A stretch of 64,000 nucleotides of DNA from a virus (Duplodnaviria > Caudoviricetes), in IMG/VR virus record IMGVR_UViG_3300043642_000037, positions 1 through 64,000 of that record, one strand, 5' to 3'. The position numbers and the translations under genes are program-made. A model generated the notes under the pieces. It had not been told where the DNA came from, made no database searches, and saw only the letters and a program-made list of their open reading frames with translations. Positions 1 through 8,256 of the stretch are shown here, one piece after another. Every line of letters starts with the position of its first letter. Positions within the stretch are counted from its first letter, which is position 1.

Positions 1-127
1 CGATTCGCCATGAGGTTCTCGGCGGAAACAAAACTGCATGTGGCATGTCCGTCTTCGTGTTTGACGAATCACAGGTTCGGAGTGTCAGGGACGTCGACTG
101 CATGACTTGCCTGGTCAAGCGGGGCGC
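1..127 (+). repeat. Exact 127-bp direct repeat, copy 1 (copy 2 at 1468..1594); may extend upstream of the window
   Basis: Base-by-base identity of 1..127 with 1468..1594. Confidence 0.95.
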
Positions 128-134
128 CACCTGA
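1..134 (+). CDS. 5'-truncated member of the H..C..VDCMTCLV mini-protein family
   Basis: The frame from nt 3 reads IRHEVLGGNKTACGMSVFVFDESQVRSVRDVDCMTCLVKRGAT*, the same C-terminal domain as 1173..1604. Confidence 0.75.
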   Translation, partial: IRHEVLGGNKTACGMSVFVFDESQVRSVRDVDCMTCLVKRGAT

Positions 135-293
135 CATACCCCTCGAGCGGTTCAGATCCCCGCCGCGAACGCGGATCGACAGACCAAGCCGAGTCACCAG
201 GCGCTCTATACGACCAAAATCGTACCGATCGCCAACCTCGATCATCACCTGGTCGAACACGGGGCCGGGGTAACATGCTTATAGGATAAGAAC

Positions 294-650
294 ATGGCGG
301 ATGACTTTGAGTTCGACCCATGGCAGTACAGGGACGGCTGGGAGAGCGAGCGCACGTTCACGGACCCGAACGGCGTCACGCACGAGGCGCTCCTCGCGAC
401 GCTCACCCCGCACCCATCCATCGACGCGCTCTCCCTGTGCGGGATCATCCGAACGCCTCCGATCGTCATCGACAAGACCATCGACAAGCTGCGCGTCCTC
501 GCGGGCTCCACCGCGGCCGATGGCGTCGACTGCATGACCTGCATTGTCGCCCGCGTCCGCATCGACAACATGATGGAGGACGCCCCGCCGGGGCTCAACC
601 CCAACTACCCGTTGATCACGCTGGACGTGAGGATAACCTCGTGGTCGTGA
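294..650 (+). CDS. VDCMTC-family putative zinc-binding protein
   Basis: GVTH...SLCG...VDCMTCIV; preceded by the palindrome GCTTAT-AGG-ATAAG. Confidence 0.8.
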   Translation: MADDFEFDPWQYRDGWESERTFTDPNGVTHEALLATLTPHPSIDALSLCGIIRTPPIVIDKTIDKLRVLAGSTAADGVDCMTCIVARVRIDNMMEDAPPGLNPNYPLITLDVRITSWS

Positions 651-859
651 AGCCTGTCGACGTCAACTGCATGGCCTGCCTGGTGACCGGCGTGGACACG
701 CCCATCGGCTGGCGAGACCCGTTGGGCATTGTCCACCGCGTGCGCTGGCGGACGCGCGGCGGGTGCTACAAGCTGTGCGACTTTCGCGACGACGCCAAGA
801 TGCGCGACGGCGCCAGGCCCATCGACGTCGACGCGCTGATCTCGGTGGAGGAGCCATGA
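647..859 (+). CDS. VDCMTC-family protein, permuted order (CxxC first)
   Basis: GTGA overlap with the previous stop; MKPVDVNCMACLV...GIVH...KLC. Confidence 0.7.
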   Translation: MKPVDVNCMACLVTGVDTPIGWRDPLGIVHRVRWRTRGGCYKLCDFRDDAKMRDGARPIDVDALISVEEP

Positions 860-1176
860 AGGAACATATGAAATCCAACGACACCAACGTACTGATCGGT
901 AAATTTGTTATCGTCCGCTCCAATGGCGCCGGAGTTCTCGCAGGAACCCTCGAAGCAAGGAGAGGGGACGAGGTGGTGTTGAAGAACGCCTATCGCATTT
1001 GGCAGTGGGGCGGCGCGAACACGCTAACCGAACTTGCCCTGCGAGGCGCGAGCATGGAGCAAACCACCCGTATCAGCGAGCCGTTAACAGGATTGCAACT
1101 AGTCCTCCACGTACTGGAGGTGTTAGAGACTTCGGCGGATGCCCAGCGCAACCTTTCCACCCCGAGGTGGCTGTGA
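856..1176 (+). CDS. Conserved phage protein (DUF6948-like)
   Basis: IGKFVIVRSNGAGVLAGTL...VVLKNAYRIWQWGGANTLTELA pattern; ATGA-coupled; followed by a G-D/Y-G repeat gene, as is usual for this family. Confidence 0.7.
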   Translation: MKEHMKSNDTNVLIGKFVIVRSNGAGVLAGTLEARRGDEVVLKNAYRIWQWGGANTLTELALRGASMEQTTRISEPLTGLQLVLHVLEVLETSADAQRNLSTPRWL

Positions 1177-1604
1177 CTTCTTGGTTGGTCAACGACGGCA
1201 ACGGCAACGGCTACGGCGACGGCTACGGCGACGGCTACGGCGGCGGCAACGGCAGCGGCGGCGGCAACGGCAACGGCAACGGCAACGGCGACGGCAACGG
1301 CGACGGCTACGGCGACGGCTACGGCAACGGCCACGGCAGCGGCGGCGGCAACGGCTACGGCGACGGCAACGGCGACGGCAACGGCGACGGCGACGGCTAC
1401 GGCTACGGCAACGGCGACGGCAACGGCGACGGCAACGGCGACGGCGGCTTGTTCACCGAGGACCTCACGATTCGCCATGAGGTTCTCGGCGGAAACAAAA
1501 CTGCATGTGGCATGTCCGTCTTCGTGTTTGACGAATCACAGGTTCGGAGTGTCAGGGACGTCGACTGCATGACTTGCCTGGTCAAGCGGGGCGCATGCCC
1601 ATGA
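1173..1604 (+). CDS. Gly-Asp/Asn/Tyr repeat protein fused to a VDCMTC domain
   Basis: GNGYGDG repeats followed by RH...TACG...DVDCMTCLV; GTGA start overlap. Confidence 0.8.
   Translation: MTSWLVNDGNGNGYGDGYGDGYGGGNGSGGGNGNGNGNGDGNGDGYGDGYGNGHGSGGGNGYGDGNGDGNGDGDGYGYGNGDGNGDGNGDGGLFTEDLTIRHEVLGGNKTACGMSVFVFDESQVRSVRDVDCMTCLVKRGACP
1195..1447 (+). repeat. Imperfect hexanucleotide (GGC-NAC) tandem repeat encoding G-N/D/Y
   Basis: Visible ggcaac/ggcgac/ggctac run. Confidence 0.95.
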
Positions 1605-1834
1605 AAAACCAACGAACCCACGCTCTCGGCGTCCCGCTTCGCAGGCCCGGCAAGTTCCGCAGACAGGTCCGCATCGACCGCATCACCCACGCGTACAACA
1701 ACGGATACGTGAAGACGCAGACGCTGTGCGGGATTCTCTACACCCACAAGGAGCACCTGGTGAGGAACCGAACCATGCTGGCCCGGCGGACGTCGAGGGA
1801 CGTCGACTGCATGACATGCCTGGTGCTGCTATGA
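1601..1834 (+). CDS. VDCMTC-family protein
   Basis: RITH...TLCG...DVDCMTCLV; ATGA overlaps at both ends. Confidence 0.8.
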   Translation: MKNQRTHALGVPLRRPGKFRRQVRIDRITHAYNNGYVKTQTLCGILYTHKEHLVRNRTMLARRTSRDVDCMTCLVLL

Positions 1835-2070
1835 TCGTCGCCGGCATCGACCCCTCCTACGACCGAATCCTGGCCGCCTACCGGGGCGATCTGCAGGTCC
1901 GGATCAACGAAGTCATCCACGGCCACGACGGAAAGGCAGGCCTGCCTCGCACGCGGTGCGGCATTCGCTGGATCGCGGGCGTCATAGTGCCGCAGACGTT
2001 CCCGCGGGGCGTTCCCACCGAGGACGCCGTGGACTGCATGACGTGCCTGGTGCTCGAGGCGCGATCATGA
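1831..2070 (+). CDS. VDCMTC-family protein
   Basis: EVIH...TRCG...AVDCMTCLV; ATGA overlaps. Confidence 0.8.
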   Translation: MIVAGIDPSYDRILAAYRGDLQVRINEVIHGHDGKAGLPRTRCGIRWIAGVIVPQTFPRGVPTEDAVDCMTCLVLEARS

Positions 2071-2255
2071 CGCCGAACCTGCGCCTGGCGAACGACGCGG
2101 TCGTCCACCACAGGGACCCGGACATGGTCTGGATGGCGACCCTGTGCGGCCTGCGAAGGACGTCCGAGGACCGCGCCGCCCACAGGCTGACGCAGACCGC
2201 CGACGCAGTCGACTGCATGACCTGCCTGGTCCTCAAGGCGCAGAGACCCCCGTGA
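2067..2255 (+). CDS. VDCMTC-family protein
   Basis: AVVH...TLCG...AVDCMTCLV. Confidence 0.8.
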   Translation: MTPNLRLANDAVVHHRDPDMVWMATLCGLRRTSEDRAAHRLTQTADAVDCMTCLVLKAQRPP

Positions 2256-2592
2256 CGCGAGACGTGGACTGCATAGCCTGCCTGGTCAAGCTCGCGCGTG
2301 GGTGTCCGACGACCGGACGGGCGAGGATCCCCCATTCTGGGGCCGAATCATCGTGACCGGCGGGATCACCCGCGCGACCCACAGGCCTGGCGGCGATGTC
2401 AACTGCATGGCCTGTCTTGTCAAGCGCGCAGAGGGATGCCCGACCTACGACTGCATGGCGTGCCTGGGGCTCGTTAGACGGCCCATGAGGGCGGATCAAC
2501 CTCGGGGCCCACGGGACCAATCGAAACGGCGGACAGGTCGGGAGCCGCGGCAAGTCCGATACCGACCGTCGCGGTGTGGCCGAAGGCGGTGA
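2252..2592 (+). pseudogene. Degenerate or fragmented VDCMTC-family remnants (three motif copies)
   Basis: VDCIACLVKLARGCPT (2252..2356), then in another frame VNCMACLVKRAEGCPT and YDCMACL; runs into a convergent gene. Confidence 0.55.
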
Positions 2593-2806
2593 TCGTGGAC
2601 AAGACGATCGGGTTGTTGAGATTGACTCCGCTCAACGAGAGCGCGACCGCCGCGGCTTCCCGAGGGTTGTCGGGATTGATGAACGTCTTTAGCGCCGCGG
2701 GATTCGACGAGCCCGGGGTCACCGGGGTCGTCAGGTCAGCCTGACCCGCGACGTTGGTGACGGAGAATGGGTAGACCAGCGCCTTGGTGACTCGAATATT
2801 GGGCAT
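2474..2806 (-). CDS. Hypothetical protein
   Basis: MPNIRVTKALVYPF...; protein-like composition, unlike the alternative frames. Confidence 0.6.
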   Translation of the reverse strand: MPNIRVTKALVYPFSVTNVAGQADLTTPVTPGSSNPAALKTFINPDNPREAAAVALSLSGVNLNNPIVLSTITAFGHTATVGIGLAAAPDLSAVSIGPVGPEVDPPSWAV

Positions 2807-2855
2807 CGGACGAAGACTACGCATGGACGAGTACGGAACGCAAGGGCCGGCCGGC

Positions 2856-3188
2856 TCAGGCCGGTTCCCAGGTAGCCCCGGGCACCTTGTCGAAGCACTG
2901 CGCGTAGCACTTGCCGTCGCTCGGCGCGGTCCCGACGCCCGCTGTGATCGCGGCCGCGCGCTGGCCGGCGTCGAGGGCGACGTACGTGACGTTCGAGCCG
3001 TCCGCCGGCGTGCGAACGTTCGCGGCGGGGCACGCGACCGTGGCGATGTTGTCGTTCAGGAAGGCCTCGAGGTCCGCCTGGTCGACGTTGCTCACCAGGT
3101 GGCACCAGTTGTCGTTGTTGGGGTTGATTCCCGGGGGATGGAAGTCCCCCATGGTGTGGTGGACGATGGGGCCGATGTATCGGGTCAT
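2856..3188 (-). CDS. DUF4031-like protein
   Basis: WCHLVS...DLEAF...YVAL...RAAAITAG pattern. Confidence 0.55.
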   Translation of the reverse strand: MTRYIGPIVHHTMGDFHPPGINPNNDNWCHLVSNVDQADLEAFLNDNIATVACPAANVRTPADGSNVTYVALDAGQRAAAITAGVGTAPSDGKCYAQCFDKVPGATWEPA

Positions 3189-3404
3189 GGACCCGGTTCG
3201 TACCACGCGAGGTTTACGAGGTAAACACGGAGCGCGAGGCGTCGACGCGCTAGAAGACCTTCACCGTGCGGCCGGCCATGACCCACAAGGTCACCAGGAT
3301 GCCGCACCACATGAGCGCGCGGCCGACCTCCGCGACCTTGGTGTTCGACGCGAGCGCGTGGATGAGCACGCCCACGACCGCGACGAGCAGGGGAACGATG
3401 GCGA

Positions 3405-3581
3405 TCATCGGGAGAGGCTAGCATGCTCGACGAGTGTGGGACTGTGCGTTACGGCTTCCCGAACCCGAACGTCGAGCCAGTCGCGAACGACATCATCGAG
3501 GCTGAGCCCCTTGCGCCGTGCGAACGCCGTGAGGGCTGGGATCAGCAGCGCGGGGAGTTGGACTTCTACCAGGGTCGCCAT
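3405..3581 (-). CDS. Ribbon-helix-helix (CopG-like) DNA-binding protein
   Basis: VEVQLP...ALTAFARRKGLSLDDVVRDWL. Confidence 0.5.
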   Translation of the reverse strand: MATLVEVQLPALLIPALTAFARRKGLSLDDVVRDWLDVRVREAVTHSPTLVEHASLSR

Positions 3582-3904
3582 GCGCGAAGAGTACCTGTCG
3601 ACCAACGGCATGCACAACCTGCTGCGTACGGATAAGGAAAAACACATGCTGACTATCAAGGAGGCCAGGGAGCATCGCGCGCCTGCGCACGGACGGGCTC
3701 CCATGGCACATCAGGCTCGAGGCCAACAACCCGAGCAGAGGCGGTCTGCCGCCCGACGGGTTCAAGCACGACGGCGGGCGATACGCGTCGTCGCCCTGCA
3801 CGAGATCGACGAGCAGCTGACGGTGGACGGCGTCCGACGGCGGGAGCCGCACCTGATCGACAGCGGCGGCAACTGGAGGCCCATACTCAAGAGCGTCGAG
3901 GACC

Positions 3905-4153
3905 ATGCCGGATAGTCACCTGGTGAACTGCATGAACTGCCTTGTGTCGCCCAGCATGCAGAGTCTCGAGATCGAGCTTGCGTCGCCGGACTTGCAAGTC
4001 GCGCGGATTCGCGGGGTCACGCACGCGGTGCGGTCGAGAAACGCGAACCAAAAAATCATCGCGGGGTGGACCCTGTGTATGCTGGAGTTTCGACGCGTCG
4101 GCGACAGCAACGTCGAGTGCAACGGCGAGAGTTGGGCTATTCCGATTGAGTGA
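3905..4153 (+). CDS. VDCMTC-family protein, permuted order
   Basis: LVNCMNCLV at the N-terminus, then GVTH...TLC; GAGG RBS upstream. Confidence 0.7.
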   Translation: MPDSHLVNCMNCLVSPSMQSLEIELASPDLQVARIRGVTHAVRSRNANQKIIAGWTLCMLEFRRVGDSNVECNGESWAIPIE

Positions 4154-4583
4154 GCAGCGAGGGAGACTGGTCCATAGGGCGAAGGTCGTCTCGCCTGAGA
4201 GTGCGCCCCGAGTCCGTTATCAGCAGGGCCCGCAACGCGCGCTCCAAAATCGTTCGGTCTGCGTTCTCGATACGAACGAAACCGAACGATGGCGCGCCCC
4301 ACGCGACCACGAAACCCTCCCAACGAGGAAAGGCGACGGCGCCATCGGTCCAGGCAACGGAACGGGCTCGCTCTCCGTGCTGACCATTGGTCATCTCGTC
4401 GAGAAGTTCAAACTCGTCCGCCCACGGAACACAAAGCACGAAGTTCGCGAAGTGGTGCTCGTCGGCCCACACGTTCGCCTCGCGGGCCGCGGTCTCTACA
4501 CGCCTGTTGAACGTCGAGATCATGTTCATGGTCGGCACCATAGTTGTGCGGGCGATGGGTGTCTCGGGTTGCTCGTCGTTCAT
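4137..4583 (-). CDS. Hypothetical protein
   Basis: MNDEQPETP...; ATG abuts the GTTTAC-TAG-GTAAAC palindrome. Confidence 0.6.
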   Translation of the reverse strand: MNDEQPETPIARTTMVPTMNMISTFNRRVETAAREANVWADEHHFANFVLCVPWADEFELLDEMTNGQHGERARSVAWTDGAVAFPRWEGFVVAWGAPSFGFVRIENADRTILERALRALLITDSGRTLRRDDLRPMDQSPSLLTQSE

Positions 4584-4620
4584 GTTTACTAGGTAAACAC
4601 GTCTCGCGATGGCGAACAAG

Positions 4621-5445
4621 TCAGTAGGGTTGACCAAGCACCGGGCGCTCACGGTCCCCTCGGTAGCTCCGGCCCTTGATGCGCGGTCTGAAGCGCGGGA
4701 CGCGGATGCGCTGCTCGCCAAGCGCGCGGTCCTGGAACTCACGGACCTTGTCTCGAGGCAAGAAGCCGTCGACCAGGAGAGAGACGCGAAGCTCGCGGTT
4801 GAGGGCCGAGATGCGAACCTTGACCTGCTTCTTGGTGCGCCGGCCATGCAGATGGTCCTGAAGAACGATCGACCATTCGCGGTCGGTAAGGGGTGCGTGC
4901 CTACCCTCGTGCTCGCCGAAGGCACGGAGACCGAACCAGCTGCGGATGACAGCGTCCTCCTGGGGCAACCAGCGGCGAGCCCAGCCCTGGCGTGCTTGGG
5001 AGGGGGGCCGTTCAGCTTGGGGTGTTTTCCCCACCTGAACACGGCCCTCGTTGACCGCGTGGAGAAACGAGGCAAACGCCGCAACGGTGGCTGGCAGGGC
5101 CAAAAGAGGCCCCATTTCGCGCAGGAACGACGTGGAGTAGAAACCGCGACCCTCACGCACTGTGATCTCCTTGGAGGGCTTGAAGAAGCCCAGGCGTGCT
5201 TCACGGCGTACGGCCAGCGCGACACGTACCAGGTCCCGCTCAATACCCGAGGGGAAGACGGTAAGGTCGGGTCTAAACACACAAGGGGGCAGAGCTGTAA
5301 GCCATCGACCACGACCGCGAAGCATGGGGACTCCTGCAAAAATCTTAGGAATTCCATGTGCTTCACGTTCAAAAAAAGTCAGGGCAAGGTCCGAAGCCCA
5401 GTCGTCAACGTGAATGTCGTTCGCGTACAGGATGTGTTTGGGCAT
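4621..5445 (-). CDS. Hypothetical protein (Trp/Arg-rich, possibly DNA-binding), next to the AT-rich region
   Basis: Long ORF MPKHILYAND...; diverges from the AT-rich intergenic region. Confidence 0.6.
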   Translation of the reverse strand: MPKHILYANDIHVDDWASDLALTFFEREAHGIPKIFAGVPMLRGRGRWLTALPPCVFRPDLTVFPSGIERDLVRVALAVRREARLGFFKPSKEITVREGRGFYSTSFLREMGPLLALPATVAAFASFLHAVNEGRVQVGKTPQAERPPSQARQGWARRWLPQEDAVIRSWFGLRAFGEHEGRHAPLTDREWSIVLQDHLHGRRTKKQVKVRISALNRELRVSLLVDGFLPRDKVREFQDRALGEQRIRVPRFRPRIKGRSYRGDRERPVLGQPY

Positions 5446-5469
5446 AAAAAACGACCAACCTTCGTTTAG

Positions 5470-6010
5470 CAGACTTAACCAGGGGGTCTTATATCGAAAA
5501 AACAAGGCTTAACGGATTCGCATAACTGTTTGTAATTATTACAAACATGGCCCCAGAAATAGGGCTTAGTATAAACAGCTTGTTACATCATGTAAACATA
5601 AAGATCAGTTGACAGGGCCTAATTGCTAATTCCCGTTATACACGTATAAAAAACGGAGTTTCCTTGAGTAAACCTCCCTTGGCACGATTCGTGGCGCTCA
5701 TGTAGAAGGGTTACCTGTGCAGCCTTTCGGTATAAGGACATACAGGTAACCCTTTCCTTGAGTGAACCCCAAAATCACCTCGCGCCTAGGGAATATGTAT
5801 TTAGCCCCTTCACCTCAATCATTCGCCGCAACCCCCGCCAACCCCCTTATATTATATATCACTGTAATCTGTAATAGGTAGGTAGGTAGGCGAAGCCGCT
5901 GTTGAATCCGTGATGCCTTTAACCGGCATTTCGTGGTGTAAAGCCCTACCGGTTGCCGCGGCTAAACGAAGCAGGTTTTTCGTTAACGAACAACAAAGGC
6001 GAGAACTATG
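5470..6010. promoter_or_regulatory. AT-rich divergent intergenic region with inverted and direct repeats; candidate origin or major control region
   Basis: Clearly AT-rich versus flanks; IR 5527..5547, IR 5706..5754, DR TTTCCTTGAGTRAACC at 5659 and 5753. Confidence 0.55.
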
Positions 6011-6012
6011 AC

Positions 6013-6600
6013 ATGCCTGCCCTAGACACTCACAGAAAACTGAGGCCGCACCCCACCGCGCGGCTTGCGGATAATCTCCCACCTGCAGGTCTTGTGGCTC
6101 GGTACATCATACCTGTAGGCCAAGGACCGAACGCGCCCCACCTCTTCTGGGTGGACCGTAAACCGAACCGCGGATTCGATGCGGGGGGGCAGGCGACGTT
6201 CCGTTGGCGGGACCGCACCTACAACGTCGCACGTGTCCTGCTTCAGCACCGGCTCAAGCACCGGGTGGTTCGTGCGGTGAACGCGTGCGGTCTGCCTCAA
6301 TGCGTGAAGCCCGAGCACTGGAGCGTCGAGCCCGCGTTCCTGGGCGTGGTCGCGCGGCCGGCGGGGCTCGCCACGGTCAAGGTCGGCGACGCGTGGCGGC
6401 TGTCGATCGGCGGCGCGATCGTCGATCGGGACATGGTGTTCGTGGCGACCATTCAGCTCCGGGGTAGTCTTCGCCACATCGTGCGAGCCCTGCGCGAGGA
6501 CGCCGAGACCGCGTTCCTCACGGCGTGCGGCCAGCTCGCCGACCCCGCGCTCGTGGTCGCGTCGTCGGAGGACGCGACGTGTCCGGGCTGCGTGTCGTGA
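6013..6600 (+). CDS. Degenerate HNH-like domain plus C-terminal H..TACG..CPGC zinc site
   Basis: NACGLPQCVKPEHW resembles the HNH C-x4-CVNPxHL motif; C-terminal RH...TACG...ATCPGC. Confidence 0.6.
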   Translation: MPALDTHRKLRPHPTARLADNLPPAGLVARYIIPVGQGPNAPHLFWVDRKPNRGFDAGGQATFRWRDRTYNVARVLLQHRLKHRVVRAVNACGLPQCVKPEHWSVEPAFLGVVARPAGLATVKVGDAWRLSIGGAIVDRDMVFVATIQLRGSLRHIVRALREDAETAFLTACGQLADPALVVASSEDATCPGCVS

Positions 6601-6779
6601 GCGGTCTCGCGCAGTCATTCTTTCGCAAGGCGGGCGTCGTTCACGTCGGTCGCGTGGTCGGCAACTGCGTTCGGCTCCTCTGCGATCCGTTTTCTCCGTC
6701 GCTGAGGTCCTCCGTTCTCTACACGGAAGATCCAGTCGACTGCATGAACTGTCTGGTGAAGGAAGCAAGGAGACTATGA
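6597..6779 (+). CDS. VDCMTC-family protein
   Basis: GVVH...LLCD...PVDCMNCLV; GTGA overlap. Confidence 0.75.
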   Translation: MSGLAQSFFRKAGVVHVGRVVGNCVRLLCDPFSPSLRSSVLYTEDPVDCMNCLVKEARRL

Positions 6780-6960
6780 TGAAGACCGCAACGAGATTCG
6801 GCGTCGAGAAGTCCGACTCGGGCATCGCTCTCACCTGCTACGAGGGCTTAGAGAATCGTCGCGCGTGGGAGGCTCTTCGATTCCCCGTGCACCCGAAGCA
6901 TGACGACGCCCGCTCGGCGCACGACGTCGACGTCCAGTTCACCGTGATTCTCCCGAGCCT

Positions 6961-7170
6961 GTGACCATGGCGACCAGGAACGCGGTGCTGACCGCGATCA
7001 CGCTCGAGGTTCGGTGTCCTCACTGCGGTGCCGCGCAGCCGGCTCCCGACGGGTCGGAGGTCATTGACGTCCCCACAGCCAAGGAGATGTGCACGGGCGA
7101 TCGCATCCTGTGTGTGGCATGCGATGAGCCTATTCGTATGACCTGGCACGACAAGGTCGTGACTGGCTGA
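6961..7170 (+). CDS. Zinc-ribbon protein
   Basis: CPHCG...CVACD. Confidence 0.6.
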   Translation: MTMATRNAVLTAITLEVRCPHCGAAQPAPDGSEVIDVPTAKEMCTGDRILCVACDEPIRMTWHDKVVTG

Positions 7171-7305
7171 TCGAGCGCGTTCGATGCGTCCAAAATGTTG
7201 CTACCAAGGAAACCCTCTCATGAATGACAATCGTTGTTATCTGTCAAATGTCGTCTCTGCATGGTACGGCGTCGACTTGGTCGCTGGCCACTGTGAGGTG
7301 TCGTA

Positions 7306-8256
7306 ATGGCTCGCCGTCGCCTTAGTGTTCACCTGTCAGCGAAGCTGTGCTTACTCATGATTCCGTGCCTGGGGATCACGGCGTTTGTGATCTCCTACAA
7401 CGAGACGGAGGTTGTTTCCGGGCTCGTGCTCAAAGAAGCGAGAACAGCAGCGCTACAAGGAGCGGCCGCTTATGGCACAGCTCTGGACGCCGCCGTGGAT
7501 GGCGGTGCTCTTTCACTGGATGAAATACTTTCTCCAGAATTGGAAGTGATCGTGTACCCGTTTCACGTCGAGGAGACGAGGTACACCAACAAGTTAAGTA
7601 AGTACATGAGGTCTCATGGTGTACAGAAATGGCAGGACGCGGCCCGTAACGCGGGAGGATTCCTGTTTTTCTCTGGAATGAGCGTCACTGGACTCGTTCC
7701 GGTGACAAATTCATTTCAGGATCTACCGCCACGTGGCGACAGCACGCCCGAGGACGCCGCGTGGGATCGCGCGTTCTCTAGGGGTGGTCGGCAGTACCGT
7801 GGGGGCGAGCAGAAGCGGGCAGTGGAGTTCGAGGCTACTGCTACGGAGACTACGCTGGTGCAGCCGTATAAGCGTGACACTGGCGAGTGGGCGTGGGACG
7901 TCGCTGCTCCGATCTTGGTTAAAGGCCACCATTTTGGTGGTCTCCGCGTCGGGGTCTCCCGCGACGTGATCGATCGACAGAACCATAGACTGATCCTTGG
8001 GCTTTCGCTTCTGTTCGGTGTGTTGGCTGTTTCGTTCACGGTGTTCGTATTCTTGTTCCTGCGTCTCTCGATTCGGCCACTGGTCGAGCTGTCGCAAACG
8101 GTCCGGGAGTTGAGCGTCTGCTCATCATACGAAGCGCTCGGTGTACGCATCATTTCCACTAGTGATGATGAAATCGGCGAAATGGTGGACAGTGCTAACC
8201 GCCTAAGAGTTAGCCTGTACAAGGCTATGGAATTGATAGAAAAGGGACTGCTATGA
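7306..8256 (+). CDS. Two-TM sensor with periplasmic domain and HAMP, no output domain (truncated chemoreceptor-like)
   Basis: N-terminal TM; YKRDTGE..DVAAPI.VKG.HFGG.R.G sensor motif; second TM; RPLVEL...DDEIGEM...NRL HAMP. Confidence 0.7.
   Translation: MARRRLSVHLSAKLCLLMIPCLGITAFVISYNETEVVSGLVLKEARTAALQGAAAYGTALDAAVDGGALSLDEILSPELEVIVYPFHVEETRYTNKLSKYMRSHGVQKWQDAARNAGGFLFFSGMSVTGLVPVTNSFQDLPPRGDSTPEDAAWDRAFSRGGRQYRGGEQKRAVEFEATATETTLVQPYKRDTGEWAWDVAAPILVKGHHFGGLRVGVSRDVIDRQNHRLILGLSLLFGVLAVSFTVFVFLFLRLSIRPLVELSQTVRELSVCSSYEALGVRIISTSDDEIGEMVDSANRLRVSLYKAMELIEKGLL

Noticed and set aside
990-1480. Poly(Val-Ala) and poly-Arg ORFs
   Set aside because: These are alternative-frame and antisense readings of the GGC-NAC repeat.
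1-1594. 127-bp duplication read as a DGR template/variable repeat pair
   Set aside because: The copies are identical with no adenine-specific differences, and no reverse transcriptase is present in the window.
93-2470. VDCMTC DNA motif read as a CRISPR repeat array
   Set aside because: Spacing is irregular and mostly 130-900 bp, variation is concentrated at synonymous positions, the intervening DNA is coding, and no cas genes are visible.
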